In this document: positions 1-9,066 of the stretch, one piece after another
How the letters are laid out: each line of letters opens with the position of its first letter
Numbering within the stretch: the stretch's first letter is position 1
Virus record (IMG/VR): IMGVR_UViG_3300042358_000030
Span: 52,499-72,498 of that record
Strand: one strand, 5' to 3'
DNA from: an uncultured virus (IMG/VR IMGVR_UViG_3300042358_000030)
Taxonomy: Duplodnaviria > Heunggongvirae > Uroviricota > Caudoviricetes
Length of the DNA: 20,000 nucleotides
Translations under genes and position numbers: made by a program
Notes under the pieces: model-generated
Told to the model about the DNA's origin: nothing
Database searches by the model: none
The model's input: only the letters and a program-made list of their open reading frames with translations

Positions 1-804
1 GAGACATTTAAAAAAATATCGGAAGCTTATGATACGATAGGTGATGATAATAAACGAAGACAATATGATAGTCAAAAAAATAATCCATTTTCTAATATGG
101 GTGGTGGAGGATTTAATCCTTTTGAGGATATGTTTCAGAATCATTTTCACCAACAAAGAAGAAGGTCGGCACCTGATAAGGTTATTGAAGTTAAAATAGG
201 TGTTATAGAATCGTATAACGGTTCGGAAAAAACTTTTACATATAATAGAAAACATAAGTGTGAACCATGTAATGGTAATGGTGGTGAAAGAATAAATTGT
301 ACTTCGTGTGGTGGAGAAGGGTTTATAACTCAAAGAGTGGGTTCCGGATTATTTGTCCAACTTATAAGACAAACGTGTAATTCATGTGGTGGAAAAGGAT
401 TCTCATATAAAACTGTGTGTGGTTCATGTAATGGTGAAACAACATCAACTAAAACTGAAACAGTTACAATTAAACTCCCACATGGAATTGATGAGGGTCA
501 ATTTTTAAAATTACAGGGTAAAGGTGATTATGTTAATGGTGTGTATGGTAATTTGGTAATTAGAGTTAAAGTTGCTCCTGAAGATAATTTTGAAAAATCG
601 GGGGATGATTTAATTTATAATGCTTATTTTGATTTGAATACATTAAAAAATGAAAAATTAGACTTGAAACATCCTAAAGGTGTTATGTCAATAAAATTAC
701 CTGAAGAGTTTGATACAGAAAAACCCCTTAGAGTAAAATCTAAAGGGTTTCATAATACGGGTGACTTATTTGTTAAGTTACACGTTAAATTTAAACGTAA
801 TTAA
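1..804 (+). CDS. dnaJ: DnaJ/Hsp40 co-chaperone (5' partial)
   Basis: Frame is open from base 1 (ETFKKISEAYDTIGDDNKRRQYD, end of a J-domain). It has a short G/F region, four CxxCxGxG-type zinc motifs (CEPCNGNG, CTSCGGEG, CNSCGGKG, CGSCNGET) and a C-terminal DnaJ domain (LPHGIDEGQFLKLQGKG). Confidence 0.95.
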   Translation, partial: ETFKKISEAYDTIGDDNKRRQYDSQKNNPFSNMGGGGFNPFEDMFQNHFHQQRRRSAPDKVIEVKIGVIESYNGSEKTFTYNRKHKCEPCNGNGGERINCTSCGGEGFITQRVGSGLFVQLIRQTCNSCGGKGFSYKTVCGSCNGETTSTKTETVTIKLPHGIDEGQFLKLQGKGDYVNGVYGNLVIRVKVAPEDNFEKSGDDLIYNAYFDLNTLKNEKLDLKHPKGVMSIKLPEEFDTEKPLRVKSKGFHNTGDLFVKLHVKFKRN

Positions 805-1004
805 AAAAGACTTATTATTTTCTCAACTAATTTAATAGTCCCGTATATTGATGCGAATAATAAATAAACTGATGATATTACCATCGTCCAATGTGTTTTT
901 GATAATGTTTTACGTTTGCAAGATTTACATTCTTTTTTAGGTTGTTCAGGAGTGGCGTAAATAATATCCTTTTCCTCAATAATTTGTCCTTCGATTGTTT
1001 CCAT
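801..1004 (-). CDS. small membrane protein with CxxC motif
   Basis: 67 aa ORF; CKSC is followed by a hydrophobic segment (WTMVISSVYLLFASIYGTI). Confidence 0.7.
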   Translation of the reverse strand: METIEGQIIEEKDIIYATPEQPKKECKSCKRKTLSKTHWTMVISSVYLLFASIYGTIKLVEKIISLF

Positions 1005-1051
1005 AATAATATATTTTAAATAAGTATAGTGAAAAAAAATGAAAGAGAAAC

Positions 1052-1080
1052 TTGCTTTTTCACTTTTTATTTCTTATACT
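1052..1080 (+). promoter_or_regulatory. sigma70-like promoter (TTGCTT-N17-TATACT)
   Basis: -35 at 1052-1057 and -10 at 1075-1080, with 17-nt spacing, just upstream of the ATG at 1097. Confidence 0.6.
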
Positions 1081-1096
1081 TTAAAAAAAGAAAATT

Positions 1097-1945
1097 ATGG
1101 CATTATCATACATCGGGGGAAAATCAAAAATAGGTAAGTGGATTGTTCCATTCATACCTCAAGACATTGAAACATACGTGGAACCATTTTCAGGTATGTT
1201 TTGGGTGTTCTTTAATATGGACCTAACCAAATACCCAAACTTAAAAGAAGTTGTATATAACGACTTCAATCCACTTAATTATAATTTATTTCAATGTCTT
1301 CAGAATCCTGAGAGATTGTTAGAGGTTGTTAACTCAATTCCGTGTCAACAAAGAGATGAGTTCCCAACACCGGACATCTATAAAGAACAATTTATCAGCT
1401 TCCAAGCTGAAATATTTAAAACAGATTTCAGGGTAGAGGCTTACGATTATCAGGTTGCAGCTAAATACGCTTATGTACTAGCTCAGGTATTCTCAGGGTC
1501 TAAACCGGAAACAAGTTCATTTATAGACTTGAAAGGGAAATATAAATCAAAGTATCTTACCTTCAGAGATAAGTTATCTAAACCGGATTGGGTGGAACAT
1601 TTCTTAAAGATTACTAAAGTTGAAAATTTAGACTTTCAAGATGTTATTCAAAAGTATGATGGACCATCTACTTATGTTTACGCTGACCCCCCATATTGGA
1701 AGACAGAGAACTATTATAACAACCACGACTTTGATAGTAAAGACCACGAGAGATTAGCTGATTGTCTAAAAGGTATTCAGGGGAAGTTCTCATTATCGTA
1801 TTATGATTTCCCACAATTACATACTTGGTTCCCTCCTCTTCAATATGTTTGGGAGAAGAAAGAATTTGCTAAAGCTGCTGCGGCTAAGAAAGGTAAAGTT
1901 CAGAACATGGGGGAAGAATTACTAATTATGAATTATAGAAAATAA
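1097..1945 (+). CDS. dam: Dam-like (D12 class) N6-adenine DNA methyltransferase
   Basis: N-terminal YIGGKS, motif I YVEPFSG, VYNDFN, and catalytic DPPY in alpha-class order. Target specificity cannot be determined here. Confidence 0.9.
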   Translation: MALSYIGGKSKIGKWIVPFIPQDIETYVEPFSGMFWVFFNMDLTKYPNLKEVVYNDFNPLNYNLFQCLQNPERLLEVVNSIPCQQRDEFPTPDIYKEQFISFQAEIFKTDFRVEAYDYQVAAKYAYVLAQVFSGSKPETSSFIDLKGKYKSKYLTFRDKLSKPDWVEHFLKITKVENLDFQDVIQKYDGPSTYVYADPPYWKTENYYNNHDFDSKDHERLADCLKGIQGKFSLSYYDFPQLHTWFPPLQYVWEKKEFAKAAAAKKGKVQNMGEELLIMNYRK

Positions 1946-1976
1946 ATTGGATATCAAAAAATAAGCGTTATCTTTG
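1946..1976 (+). promoter_or_regulatory. Bacteroidota-type promoter (-7 TATCTTTG)
   Basis: TATCTTTG at 1969-1976; the -33 element is imperfect (ATTG at 1946-1949). Confidence 0.55.
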
Positions 1977-2028
1977 TCCCGCTGAACAAAAGTAAATGGG
2001 TTTTGGCGAATTATTTAGAAAAAACAAA

Positions 2029-2036
2029 TATTTATA
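2029..2036 (+). promoter_or_regulatory. TATTTATA phage promoter motif (putative late)
   Basis: Recurrent intergenic motif, 15 nt before the ATG at 2052. Confidence 0.6.
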
Positions 2037-2051
2037 ATAAAAACAATTAAA

Positions 2052-3410
2052 ATGAGACTAACTAATACACTATCAACTTTAATTACAGAACAATCACGTT
2101 TCCAAGTCTTATATGACAAATTGGTGAAACCTTCTGACAAACCAAGAAAACCTGGTGAAAAACCTAAAGGCGCTATGGATTTTGAAACATTAAAGAATAT
2201 TATCTTTGGGGACCCTTCAACAACTGTCCCTCAAGGGTTTGATAAAGAAAGTGCGACTTTTGAAGACATGGGTAAAATACATGTTGGTAAATATGTTCAA
2301 TGGATGTTGAAGAACTTTATTCAACCTAAATTAGAAGATGAAGTAGGTACTCCGGAATATAAGCAAAACGCTAAAGAATATCGACGTTTATTCATAGAAG
2401 ATATGGATAAGTTAAATGTTGATTTACTAAAATTTGAAAGATTTAAAAGTAGATTACCTGTAGGTGAAAGAGACATTAATAAGTATACTCCTCAAACTTT
2501 ATCATTAGCGGTTGATGAATTCAAATTAACTAAAGATTCTAAATCGGCAAAAGAAGAAAGAATTACTAAAGAAAACCCTTATAAATTTGAAGGGTCTACT
2601 ATTGATTTCGTTGGTCCTAATTGGACTATTGTTAAAATAGAGGATAAAACAAAAATTGGTGACGCTGCGGCTGATTACTTTGGTGGTTACTACGATACGA
2701 GAGATGAGTTTGATGAAACTAATTGGTGTACGTCAAACGTTGGTGGTAGTTATTTCTACACTTATATTAAAGACGGTCCATTATATGTTATTTTACCTAA
2801 TAATGCTACGGAATTTGGTAAGAAGACTGGATTACCTAAAGAAAGATATCAATTTCACTTCCCTTCAAACCAATATATGGATAGGAGAGACAGACAAATT
2901 AATTTGGTTGAATTTTTAAATGGTAAAGGTGAAGAACTTAAAGAATATTTTAAACCACAGTTTGCGAAAGGATTGGTTAAAGGTGGTTCAGGTAATGTTG
3001 TGGATATTGCATACCCTGATAATGCTGCCGGTAAATTCATTGCGTTATATGGTTTTGATGAATTATTTGATAGTTTACCGGACACGATTGAAAGATTATT
3101 AATTAGTAATAAATCAAACGAGGATATTGCGTTGGTGGTTCCGGAATCTATTGGAAGATTTAAAAATTTAGAAGCGTTAAAATTAGAGAAGATTTGTAAA
3201 AGTATTCCTGATTCAATCTGTAATTTAAAATTATTAAATTTCTTGGCGTTACCAAATAACAAACAATTAGAATCGTTGCCCGAATGTTTAATGACTTTAC
3301 CTGAATTGGCATTTATTAATTTAAAGGATAGTAATCCGAATGTTAAAATTCCTGAGAAATTAAAAGAACGATTGACAGATGAAGGAATGGGGTTCTATTA
3401 TTTTAACTAA
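2052..3410 (+). CDS. phage protein with central WCT-motif domain and C-terminal leucine-rich repeats
   Basis: TNWCTS...GPLYVI...ERYQFHF block; LRR units VPESIGRFKNLEALKL, IPDSICNLKLLNFLAL and LPECLMTLPELAFINL. Confidence 0.75.
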   Translation: MRLTNTLSTLITEQSRFQVLYDKLVKPSDKPRKPGEKPKGAMDFETLKNIIFGDPSTTVPQGFDKESATFEDMGKIHVGKYVQWMLKNFIQPKLEDEVGTPEYKQNAKEYRRLFIEDMDKLNVDLLKFERFKSRLPVGERDINKYTPQTLSLAVDEFKLTKDSKSAKEERITKENPYKFEGSTIDFVGPNWTIVKIEDKTKIGDAAADYFGGYYDTRDEFDETNWCTSNVGGSYFYTYIKDGPLYVILPNNATEFGKKTGLPKERYQFHFPSNQYMDRRDRQINLVEFLNGKGEELKEYFKPQFAKGLVKGGSGNVVDIAYPDNAAGKFIALYGFDELFDSLPDTIERLLISNKSNEDIALVVPESIGRFKNLEALKLEKICKSIPDSICNLKLLNFLALPNNKQLESLPECLMTLPELAFINLKDSNPNVKIPEKLKERLTDEGMGFYYFN

Positions 3411-3433
3411 TACTAATACTTAAAAATAAACAA

Positions 3434-3724
3434 ATGAAAAATGTTGACGTTGAAATCTACATTAATCAATTTATAACTTTCTTTAACAACAACCCCAATG
3501 ACTTACTTGAGTTAATTGGGGATGTTTTGAAGGATGACTTCTACGACAGAGTAAAACAACAATCTTTAAATAATATTGATAATGGTGAGGATGTTTCCTT
3601 AACTCAAAAACAAATCATATCTATAGTTGTGGCTCTTAAACAATCTCAGAACGATGAGGTTGATATGGATAAGATTAAGTCCATAATTTATCACACAAAA
3701 TTCGCTCACTTTTCCCTTAATTAA
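3434..3724 (+). CDS. hypothetical protein
   Basis: 96 aa ORF, co-oriented with neighbours, A-rich leader. Confidence 0.8.
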   Translation: MKNVDVEIYINQFITFFNNNPNDLLELIGDVLKDDFYDRVKQQSLNNIDNGEDVSLTQKQIISIVVALKQSQNDEVDMDKIKSIIYHTKFAHFSLN

Positions 3725-3756
3725 TTTGTATATCTAAATTTAATGTCTTACTTTTG
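3725..3756 (+). promoter_or_regulatory. Bacteroidota-type promoter TTTG-N20-TACTTTTG
   Basis: TTTG at 3725-3728 and TACTTTTG at 3749-3756, upstream of the ATG at 3775. Confidence 0.65.
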
Positions 3757-3774
3757 TGGTTCAAAATAAACCTG

Positions 3775-5529
3775 ATGAAAGAAGAATTATTTAACTATAC
3801 CGTAAAGAAGTATCAAGTATCTGAATACTTGGATACCAATCCTATTCGACCTCTTAAAAAAGAAGTTGAGGATGATTTTTGGGGGACAATAGAAACTAGT
3901 TTAAGTTCTGGTAGACATACAAGTTATACGCCTTGGGGTGACTATACTTTTAATGCGGATTATGATACAGAAGAAAAATTCGTAGAACATTACGGAAACC
4001 CACTGACTCAATTATATTTGAACAGGGTAATTATTTGTGTGACTAAAGAGAATGATAAAGTTTCTTTTAAGATATTTGATTATAGTAAAACAAGACGTGT
4101 TGCGGGTAAGTGGTTTAAATTAAGAACTAAATGTCAGTTCATTACATTCAACTATAAAACAAATGCGTTATATACCGGTTCATTACAGAATTATCATTTG
4201 AAAACAAAATGTCGTAAAAAAATTAGAAGAGTTTTATTTAATAGTGACCCTATTAATAATATGAGACGACATTTACGAGATTCGTTGAACTCAATAGTTG
4301 ATAAAAAAGTGGTGGATGTCCCAACAATTATTAATCAGGTAATCTCAACCTTTGTGAATGCCATTCCCGGAACTGAATTATATGCCGACTTACTTCCTGA
4401 ACAAAGAATCTACAAAAGATATTTGGATGCTCAAGGAACCAAAGTTCCAAACAATTGGTTTGAACTTATGAATGTCTATCCCCAACCAAAGAAGAAAGAT
4501 TTGGTGAAGTGTGACTATAAGTATATTGATGCTCTAATGAGGGTTAACGGATTAAAGGGGGATAAGGTTAAAAGGGTATTACATAACGTTAAATCATTTG
4601 AGGGTGTTCTTAATTTTAATAACGCTTGTTCAATATTTGGTGAGAAGTTTATTTTAAATCAACCGGATGAGTTTGTCCAATTATTATTGGAACATAATAA
4701 ACAAAGTACATTTCATAATAATATTGGAAAAGGATTATTAACTAAAAAAGAGTTCTCCAATTTTTTTGAGATATTTAAATTATTTCAAAAAGGATTGATT
4801 AACTACAATGTGATTGAAGACCACTTTAGATTTTATCGTTTGTTAGACCAAATGGAGACAGTTAAATGGACATCAAGAACTCACGATGAGTTTGTTCAAG
4901 AACACTACGATTGGTCGGAGAAATACAACCATTATACCAATGGTGACTTTACTAGAATTTACAACCAAGAGTTTGTGGATAAGGTGAATGAGGTTATCTT
5001 AACCAAAGATGGTCCGTACTTCCCGGAGGTATTGACAACATCCAAACGATACAACAATGAGTCATCATTCCAGTCCAATTGTGTTAAGACATATGTTAGA
5101 CGAGTGGATTCTTTATTAATCTCTATGAGACGAGGTGAGGGTGAAACGGAAGAGAGAGCGTCAATTGAATATCGTATAACTTTACCTTCACTACATAATA
5201 CTTTTGATTTAGAGAGAGTTCAAACTTTGGGTAAACACAATCGTAGTTTAGATGAGAGTTGGAATGAAGTGTTAGTCAAATTGGATAATAAAATTTACCA
5301 ATATGAGGATTTGTTTGATACCTTACAAATTAAGGGTGAGTTTAAAAATAAAGAATTGTTCTCTGATTGGGGTACTATGAGTGTGAAAACATATTCGGTG
5401 ACTAAGACAGGAAAAGATGTAACTAAATTGGGGTTATGTTGGGAAAACGATTCAATTATGAAATTAAATTCGTATAATAATTATAACCTTGTTCCTGTCT
5501 ATAATGATGAGAACGATTTAGGATTTTAA
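3775..5529 (+). CDS. PcfJ-like domain protein
   Basis: C-terminal EVLTTSKRYNNESSFQSNCVKTY...ISMR...ASIEY...VQTLGKHN resembles the PcfJ E-x4-[HN]CV-x2-Y pattern. Start moved to ATG 3775 because the TTG at 3754 lies inside the promoter. Confidence 0.65.
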   Translation: MKEELFNYTVKKYQVSEYLDTNPIRPLKKEVEDDFWGTIETSLSSGRHTSYTPWGDYTFNADYDTEEKFVEHYGNPLTQLYLNRVIICVTKENDKVSFKIFDYSKTRRVAGKWFKLRTKCQFITFNYKTNALYTGSLQNYHLKTKCRKKIRRVLFNSDPINNMRRHLRDSLNSIVDKKVVDVPTIINQVISTFVNAIPGTELYADLLPEQRIYKRYLDAQGTKVPNNWFELMNVYPQPKKKDLVKCDYKYIDALMRVNGLKGDKVKRVLHNVKSFEGVLNFNNACSIFGEKFILNQPDEFVQLLLEHNKQSTFHNNIGKGLLTKKEFSNFFEIFKLFQKGLINYNVIEDHFRFYRLLDQMETVKWTSRTHDEFVQEHYDWSEKYNHYTNGDFTRIYNQEFVDKVNEVILTKDGPYFPEVLTTSKRYNNESSFQSNCVKTYVRRVDSLLISMRRGEGETEERASIEYRITLPSLHNTFDLERVQTLGKHNRSLDESWNEVLVKLDNKIYQYEDLFDTLQIKGEFKNKELFSDWGTMSVKTYSVTKTGKDVTKLGLCWENDSIMKLNSYNNYNLVPVYNDENDLGF

Positions 5530-5530
5530 A

Positions 5531-5851
5531 ATGATAGAAATACCACAAAATTGTATAGATACCTTTAAAGAAAGGTTTAAGAGTTACCCTAATATTGTAG
5601 AGGTGTATCCAAATATGTCTAATGAAGATACAGATAAATTATTAAATAAATCACTTTTACTATGGTTTGACTATTTTGTAAATAATGAACATGAGATAGT
5701 TTATAAAGATAGATTATATGAATATGATGCGACTGGTATTTTAATTTTACGGAAGTCAAAAACCAAGATATTTATTTTAACAAAGGTGGATAAACAAAAC
5801 GTAGTAGAGTATTTATTACTACAAATAAAACGATTAACAAAAAAAGATTAA
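5531..5851 (+). CDS. hypothetical protein
   Basis: 106 aa ORF, tightly packed in the operon. Confidence 0.8.
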   Translation: MIEIPQNCIDTFKERFKSYPNIVEVYPNMSNEDTDKLLNKSLLLWFDYFVNNEHEIVYKDRLYEYDATGILILRKSKTKIFILTKVDKQNVVEYLLLQIKRLTKKD

Positions 5852-5853
5852 GA

Positions 5854-6177
5854 ATGGAAATTACACAAGAATTATTACAGGAAAAAATTAACAATGGTGA
5901 AAAATTAGTAGTGGACTTTTGGGCGCCATGGTGTGGACCTTGTAAAGTTATGAAACCAGCGTTTGAAAAAGTTTCCGAACAATACAGAAATGAAAATTCA
6001 GAAGTTCAATTATTCACATTGAATGTTGAGGAAAATAAAGAATTTGCCGCTCAATTAGGTATTAGAGCAATTCCAACAGTTAAATCATTTTCCGCAGGTA
6101 AAGAAGTTTATTCTCAACCGGGAATGCAAATGGAATCACAAATTAAACAATTAGTGACTAATTTAATCAATGGATAA
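5854..6177 (+). CDS. trxA: thioredoxin
   Basis: VVDFWAPWCGPCK active site, cis-Pro motif IRAIPT, 107 aa. Confidence 0.95.
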   Translation: MEITQELLQEKINNGEKLVVDFWAPWCGPCKVMKPAFEKVSEQYRNENSEVQLFTLNVEENKEFAAQLGIRAIPTVKSFSAGKEVYSQPGMQMESQIKQLVTNLING

Positions 6178-6454
6178 GTTACTGATTCTTTTCACGATGA
6201 AAGGTTGTCCATATTGTGATATGATGAAGGAACAACTTATTAAAAATGACATTGGGTTTGTTATAAGAGATATAAACGAACACAAAGATGAATACGATAT
6301 GTTTGTTGAAATTACTGAAAACGAATTTGTACCGGCATTTATGATTGTAGAATCTCCGGATGAATCACCAAAGAGTTATTTATTCGCACCTGAAAGAGAT
6401 TTTAATGAAATTGATGAAGGTATTGACATAATTAAAGAACATTTTGGAAAATAA
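6170..6454 (+). CDS. glutaredoxin-like protein
   Basis: FTMKGCPYC active site and FVPAF; 8-nt overlap with the thioredoxin gene. Confidence 0.85.
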   Translation: MDKLLILFTMKGCPYCDMMKEQLIKNDIGFVIRDINEHKDEYDMFVEITENEFVPAFMIVESPDESPKSYLFAPERDFNEIDEGIDIIKEHFGK

Positions 6455-6455
6455 A

Positions 6456-6485
6456 AAAATCCCCTTGATTGGGGATTTTCTTTTT
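6456..6485. terminator. bidirectional intrinsic terminator
   Basis: AAAATCCCC-ttgatt-GGGGATTTT with A/T tracts, between convergent genes. Confidence 0.8.
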
Positions 6486-7305
6486 AAAATAATATAAGGT
6501 CTTTAATTTTATCTCTTGTTAGCCAAGGTTTTTTATCAAATGGTAAAGTGGTGTCTTCAATTATATCGTAATCTTCAATTTTATTATTAAACACCAACAT
6601 ATCAAAATCAAAAACATCTAACACCATTGATATGATATCTTTTTTCGGATGTATTGAATTACTAACAATGTCAATTTGATTATCATCGTCCACTTTAACG
6701 GAAGAATATTTAAAAGTTAACTTGTCTGTTAGTAGTACATCAAATAATTGATTACAGATGTATTCTGAATAGTATAACTCTTGTCTACCCATACTTAAAC
6801 TATATCCGTGAGGAAACTCCGATGAAATATTTAATGGTGAGTATGTGTAATAATTTAAATTAGAGGTGTCATCTTCAGAATAATCTAATTCGTATTCTAA
6901 TCTATTGTTATTATACGATATTGAATTAAATTTAGGTTGGGGATTATCAATTAAATCTTTGATTATACCTGAATGATATATTGGTCGTGAAGAATTATGG
7001 AAATCAAAAATATATTCAAGTTTTTTGGATAATTCAGTATTATATATAATAACATCAATAATATTTAAATTTTTATATCCAAACTCTTCCATTAAGGATT
7101 GATATTCTTTATAGAATCCCTCTTTAATGATTACCATATCCAATATTTTATCTGAATTGGTTAATCCATTTACTATGAAAAATTTACCACAATCGGTAAC
7201 TTCAATAACAACATCATATTGATTGGTTTTGTTTATCTCTTTTACTAAAAAGTCTGCGAATAGGTTTACAATCCCTTTATTTGAATTTTCATTTACGTAT
7301 TTCAT
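6484..7305 (-). CDS. degenerate S-adenosylmethionine synthetase (MetK)-fold protein
   Basis: By-eye alignment to the MetK N-terminal domain (VNE..I....AD..V..E..IVNG...LD) and C-terminal domain ([15 protein letters not shown]...LTDK; VLDVFDF; PWLTRDK). The GHPDK and GGGAFSGKD motifs are lost. Confidence 0.65.
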   Translation of the reverse strand: [273 protein letters not shown]

Positions 7306-7353
7306 ATTTTTAAATTATATGAAAGGATATACAAATTAAATTTAATTATAAAT

Positions 7354-7386
7354 GAAAAAAGGGACAAAAAATCCCTTTATTTTTTT
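7354..7386. terminator. possible intrinsic terminator
   Basis: AAAGGGA-caaaaaa-TCCCTTT hairpin flanked by A and T tracts, downstream of the small minus-strand ORF. Confidence 0.5.
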
Positions 7387-7398
7387 AAACACATAATA

Positions 7399-7557
7399 TT
7401 ATTTTTTAGTATAATATCTCTCAACAACTTTACGAATAGATTCTTGTATTGGCTGAGTTTTTGGTGTTTGAGCCTGAACCTGCTGTAGAGTTTGAGATTG
7501 ACTTGATTGTTGTGTCGTTTGTGTTTGTTGTGCTTTGTTTTTACATCCGCAACCCAT
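7399..7557 (-). CDS. small MGCGCK-type, Gln/Thr-rich protein (52 aa; not in ORF track)
   Basis: Manual translation: MGCGCKNKAQQTQTTQQSSQSQTLQQVQAQTPKTQPIQESIRKVVERYYTKK*. Preceded by minus-strand GATATTTATT (7585-7594). Confidence 0.8.
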   Translation of the reverse strand: MGCGCKNKAQQTQTTQQSSQSQTLQQVQAQTPKTQPIQESIRKVVERYYTKK

Positions 7558-7584
7558 GATAATTTTTATTTAAACGTTTATAAC

Positions 7585-7644
7585 AATAAATATCTACCTT
7601 TTACGTTAATTGTAAAGATTTATTTTTAATTACTGGTATTTATT
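7585..7644. promoter_or_regulatory. divergent TATTTATT promoter pair
   Basis: TATTTATT on the minus strand at 7585-7592 and on the plus strand at 7637-7644, each pointing into a gene start. Confidence 0.55.
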
Positions 7645-7647
7645 AAT

Positions 7648-9018
7648 ATGAATAAGAAAATGATTTTAACAAATAAAGAATTATTACAAGTTGTAAAACA
7701 AATTGTTGAACAAGTTGAGGAAGAATATTATAAAATATCTCCTGAAGAATATTTGCAATTAATGTCGTTAGGTAGTTATCACGGTAAAGCAATAACTAAA
7801 ATGAAAAGATTTGAAGGTAAACCATTATGGATAACCGGAGATTTAAGTCTTGAAGGAACCCCAACAGATAACTTGGGAAATGTTGCTTATGTTGATGGTT
7901 CATTAAATATTAGTAATACTAAGGTATCTAATCTTGGTGATATGAGAGTTAAATCATATATTAGTGATAGGGACACTCCTCGTGAGAAAATTAGAGAGAG
8001 ACAAGAACTTTTGGGTAAACAAGCTGAGATGGATTCTAAAAGAGAAGATGATGAATGGAATTTTCAAAACCATGATGAAGAGGGATTAAAGGCTATGGCG
8101 TTATTAGAATGGCTTGAAGGTGAAGGTAGAGTTACAGTATTGAATGATGAACAAAAAGAAGAATTAAGTTTGTTAACTCAACAATTAGAAGAACTTAATG
8201 CGGATTATGATGATGAACATAGAGATGGTGACCCAGATGAGAATGTGGAAATATTAAATAAAATTGAAGATGTTGAGGAGAGAATTAGTGAATTAACAGA
8301 GGATGTTGCTGACATATATGATATGTATCCAGTATCAAAATATAGTCATTATGGTTTAACCTCATTCGAAGTTTTAGTTGATGGGTTTAGAGATGAGGAA
8401 TATTCGGTGGGAACCCACGATGAAATGGATAAAGCTGCATTAGAGTATGCTGAAAGTTATGTTGATGATATTGGTGTTGATGGGTTTAGTAAAGGTTTTA
8501 TTGATGATTATTTAGATGAAGATGCTATTGTTGAATTTGCTAGAGAAGATTATGAATATCAAGTGAGGGAGAATCCTGAAAGTTATTTTAATGATGATGA
8601 TTATGAATTGACTTCGGAGCAAGAAGAAAGAATAGAACAACTTGAATCTCAAATTGAGGATTTGGAACAACAAAAACTTGAATTAGATTCGGATGATGAA
8701 AATTATTATGACTACGAAGAAGATTTAGATAATCAAATTGAAGCACTCCAAGAGGAATTAGATAATATTGAAGTTGATACTGAACCAACCGAAGATATGA
8801 TTGATAATATGGTTGAGAGTTTAGTTAGAGACGTAAGAAGAGACCCTATTGGGTATCTTAATGATTATGGGTTACCTGTTAAAGAATATGTTGATGAATC
8901 AGCTTTAGCTCAGGGATTAGTTGATTCCGAAGGTTGGGGTTTTATGAATAGTTATGATGGTAATTATGATAGTGTTGATATTGCCGGTGAGACTTATTAC
9001 GTAATGAGAATTAATTAA
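7648..9018 (+). CDS. large highly acidic protein with short solenoid-like repeats and coiled coils
   Basis: 456 aa, very D/E-rich. GDLSLEGTPTDNLGNVAYVDGSLNISNTKVSNLG repeat; two heptad segments (EQKEELSLLTQQLEEL, EQEERIEQLESQIEDL). Confidence 0.85.
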   Translation: MNKKMILTNKELLQVVKQIVEQVEEEYYKISPEEYLQLMSLGSYHGKAITKMKRFEGKPLWITGDLSLEGTPTDNLGNVAYVDGSLNISNTKVSNLGDMRVKSYISDRDTPREKIRERQELLGKQAEMDSKREDDEWNFQNHDEEGLKAMALLEWLEGEGRVTVLNDEQKEELSLLTQQLEELNADYDDEHRDGDPDENVEILNKIEDVEERISELTEDVADIYDMYPVSKYSHYGLTSFEVLVDGFRDEEYSVGTHDEMDKAALEYAESYVDDIGVDGFSKGFIDDYLDEDAIVEFAREDYEYQVRENPESYFNDDDYELTSEQEERIEQLESQIEDLEQQKLELDSDDENYYDYEEDLDNQIEALQEELDNIEVDTEPTEDMIDNMVESLVRDVRRDPIGYLNDYGLPVKEYVDESALAQGLVDSEGWGFMNSYDGNYDSVDIAGETYYVMRIN

Positions 9019-9066
9019 AACTATTCCTTTTTCCAATCTTTTCCCGTATATTTTAAATAATATAAT

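Noticed and set aside
2656..3262. ORFs 2656..2919, 2855..3262 and 2920..3102
   Set aside because: They are nested in or antisense to the LRR gene and have no motifs; shadow ORFs.
6484..7305. Functional metK or decayed pseudogene
   Set aside because: Catalytic motifs are absent, so it is not called metK; the ORF is uninterrupted, so it is not called a pseudogene.
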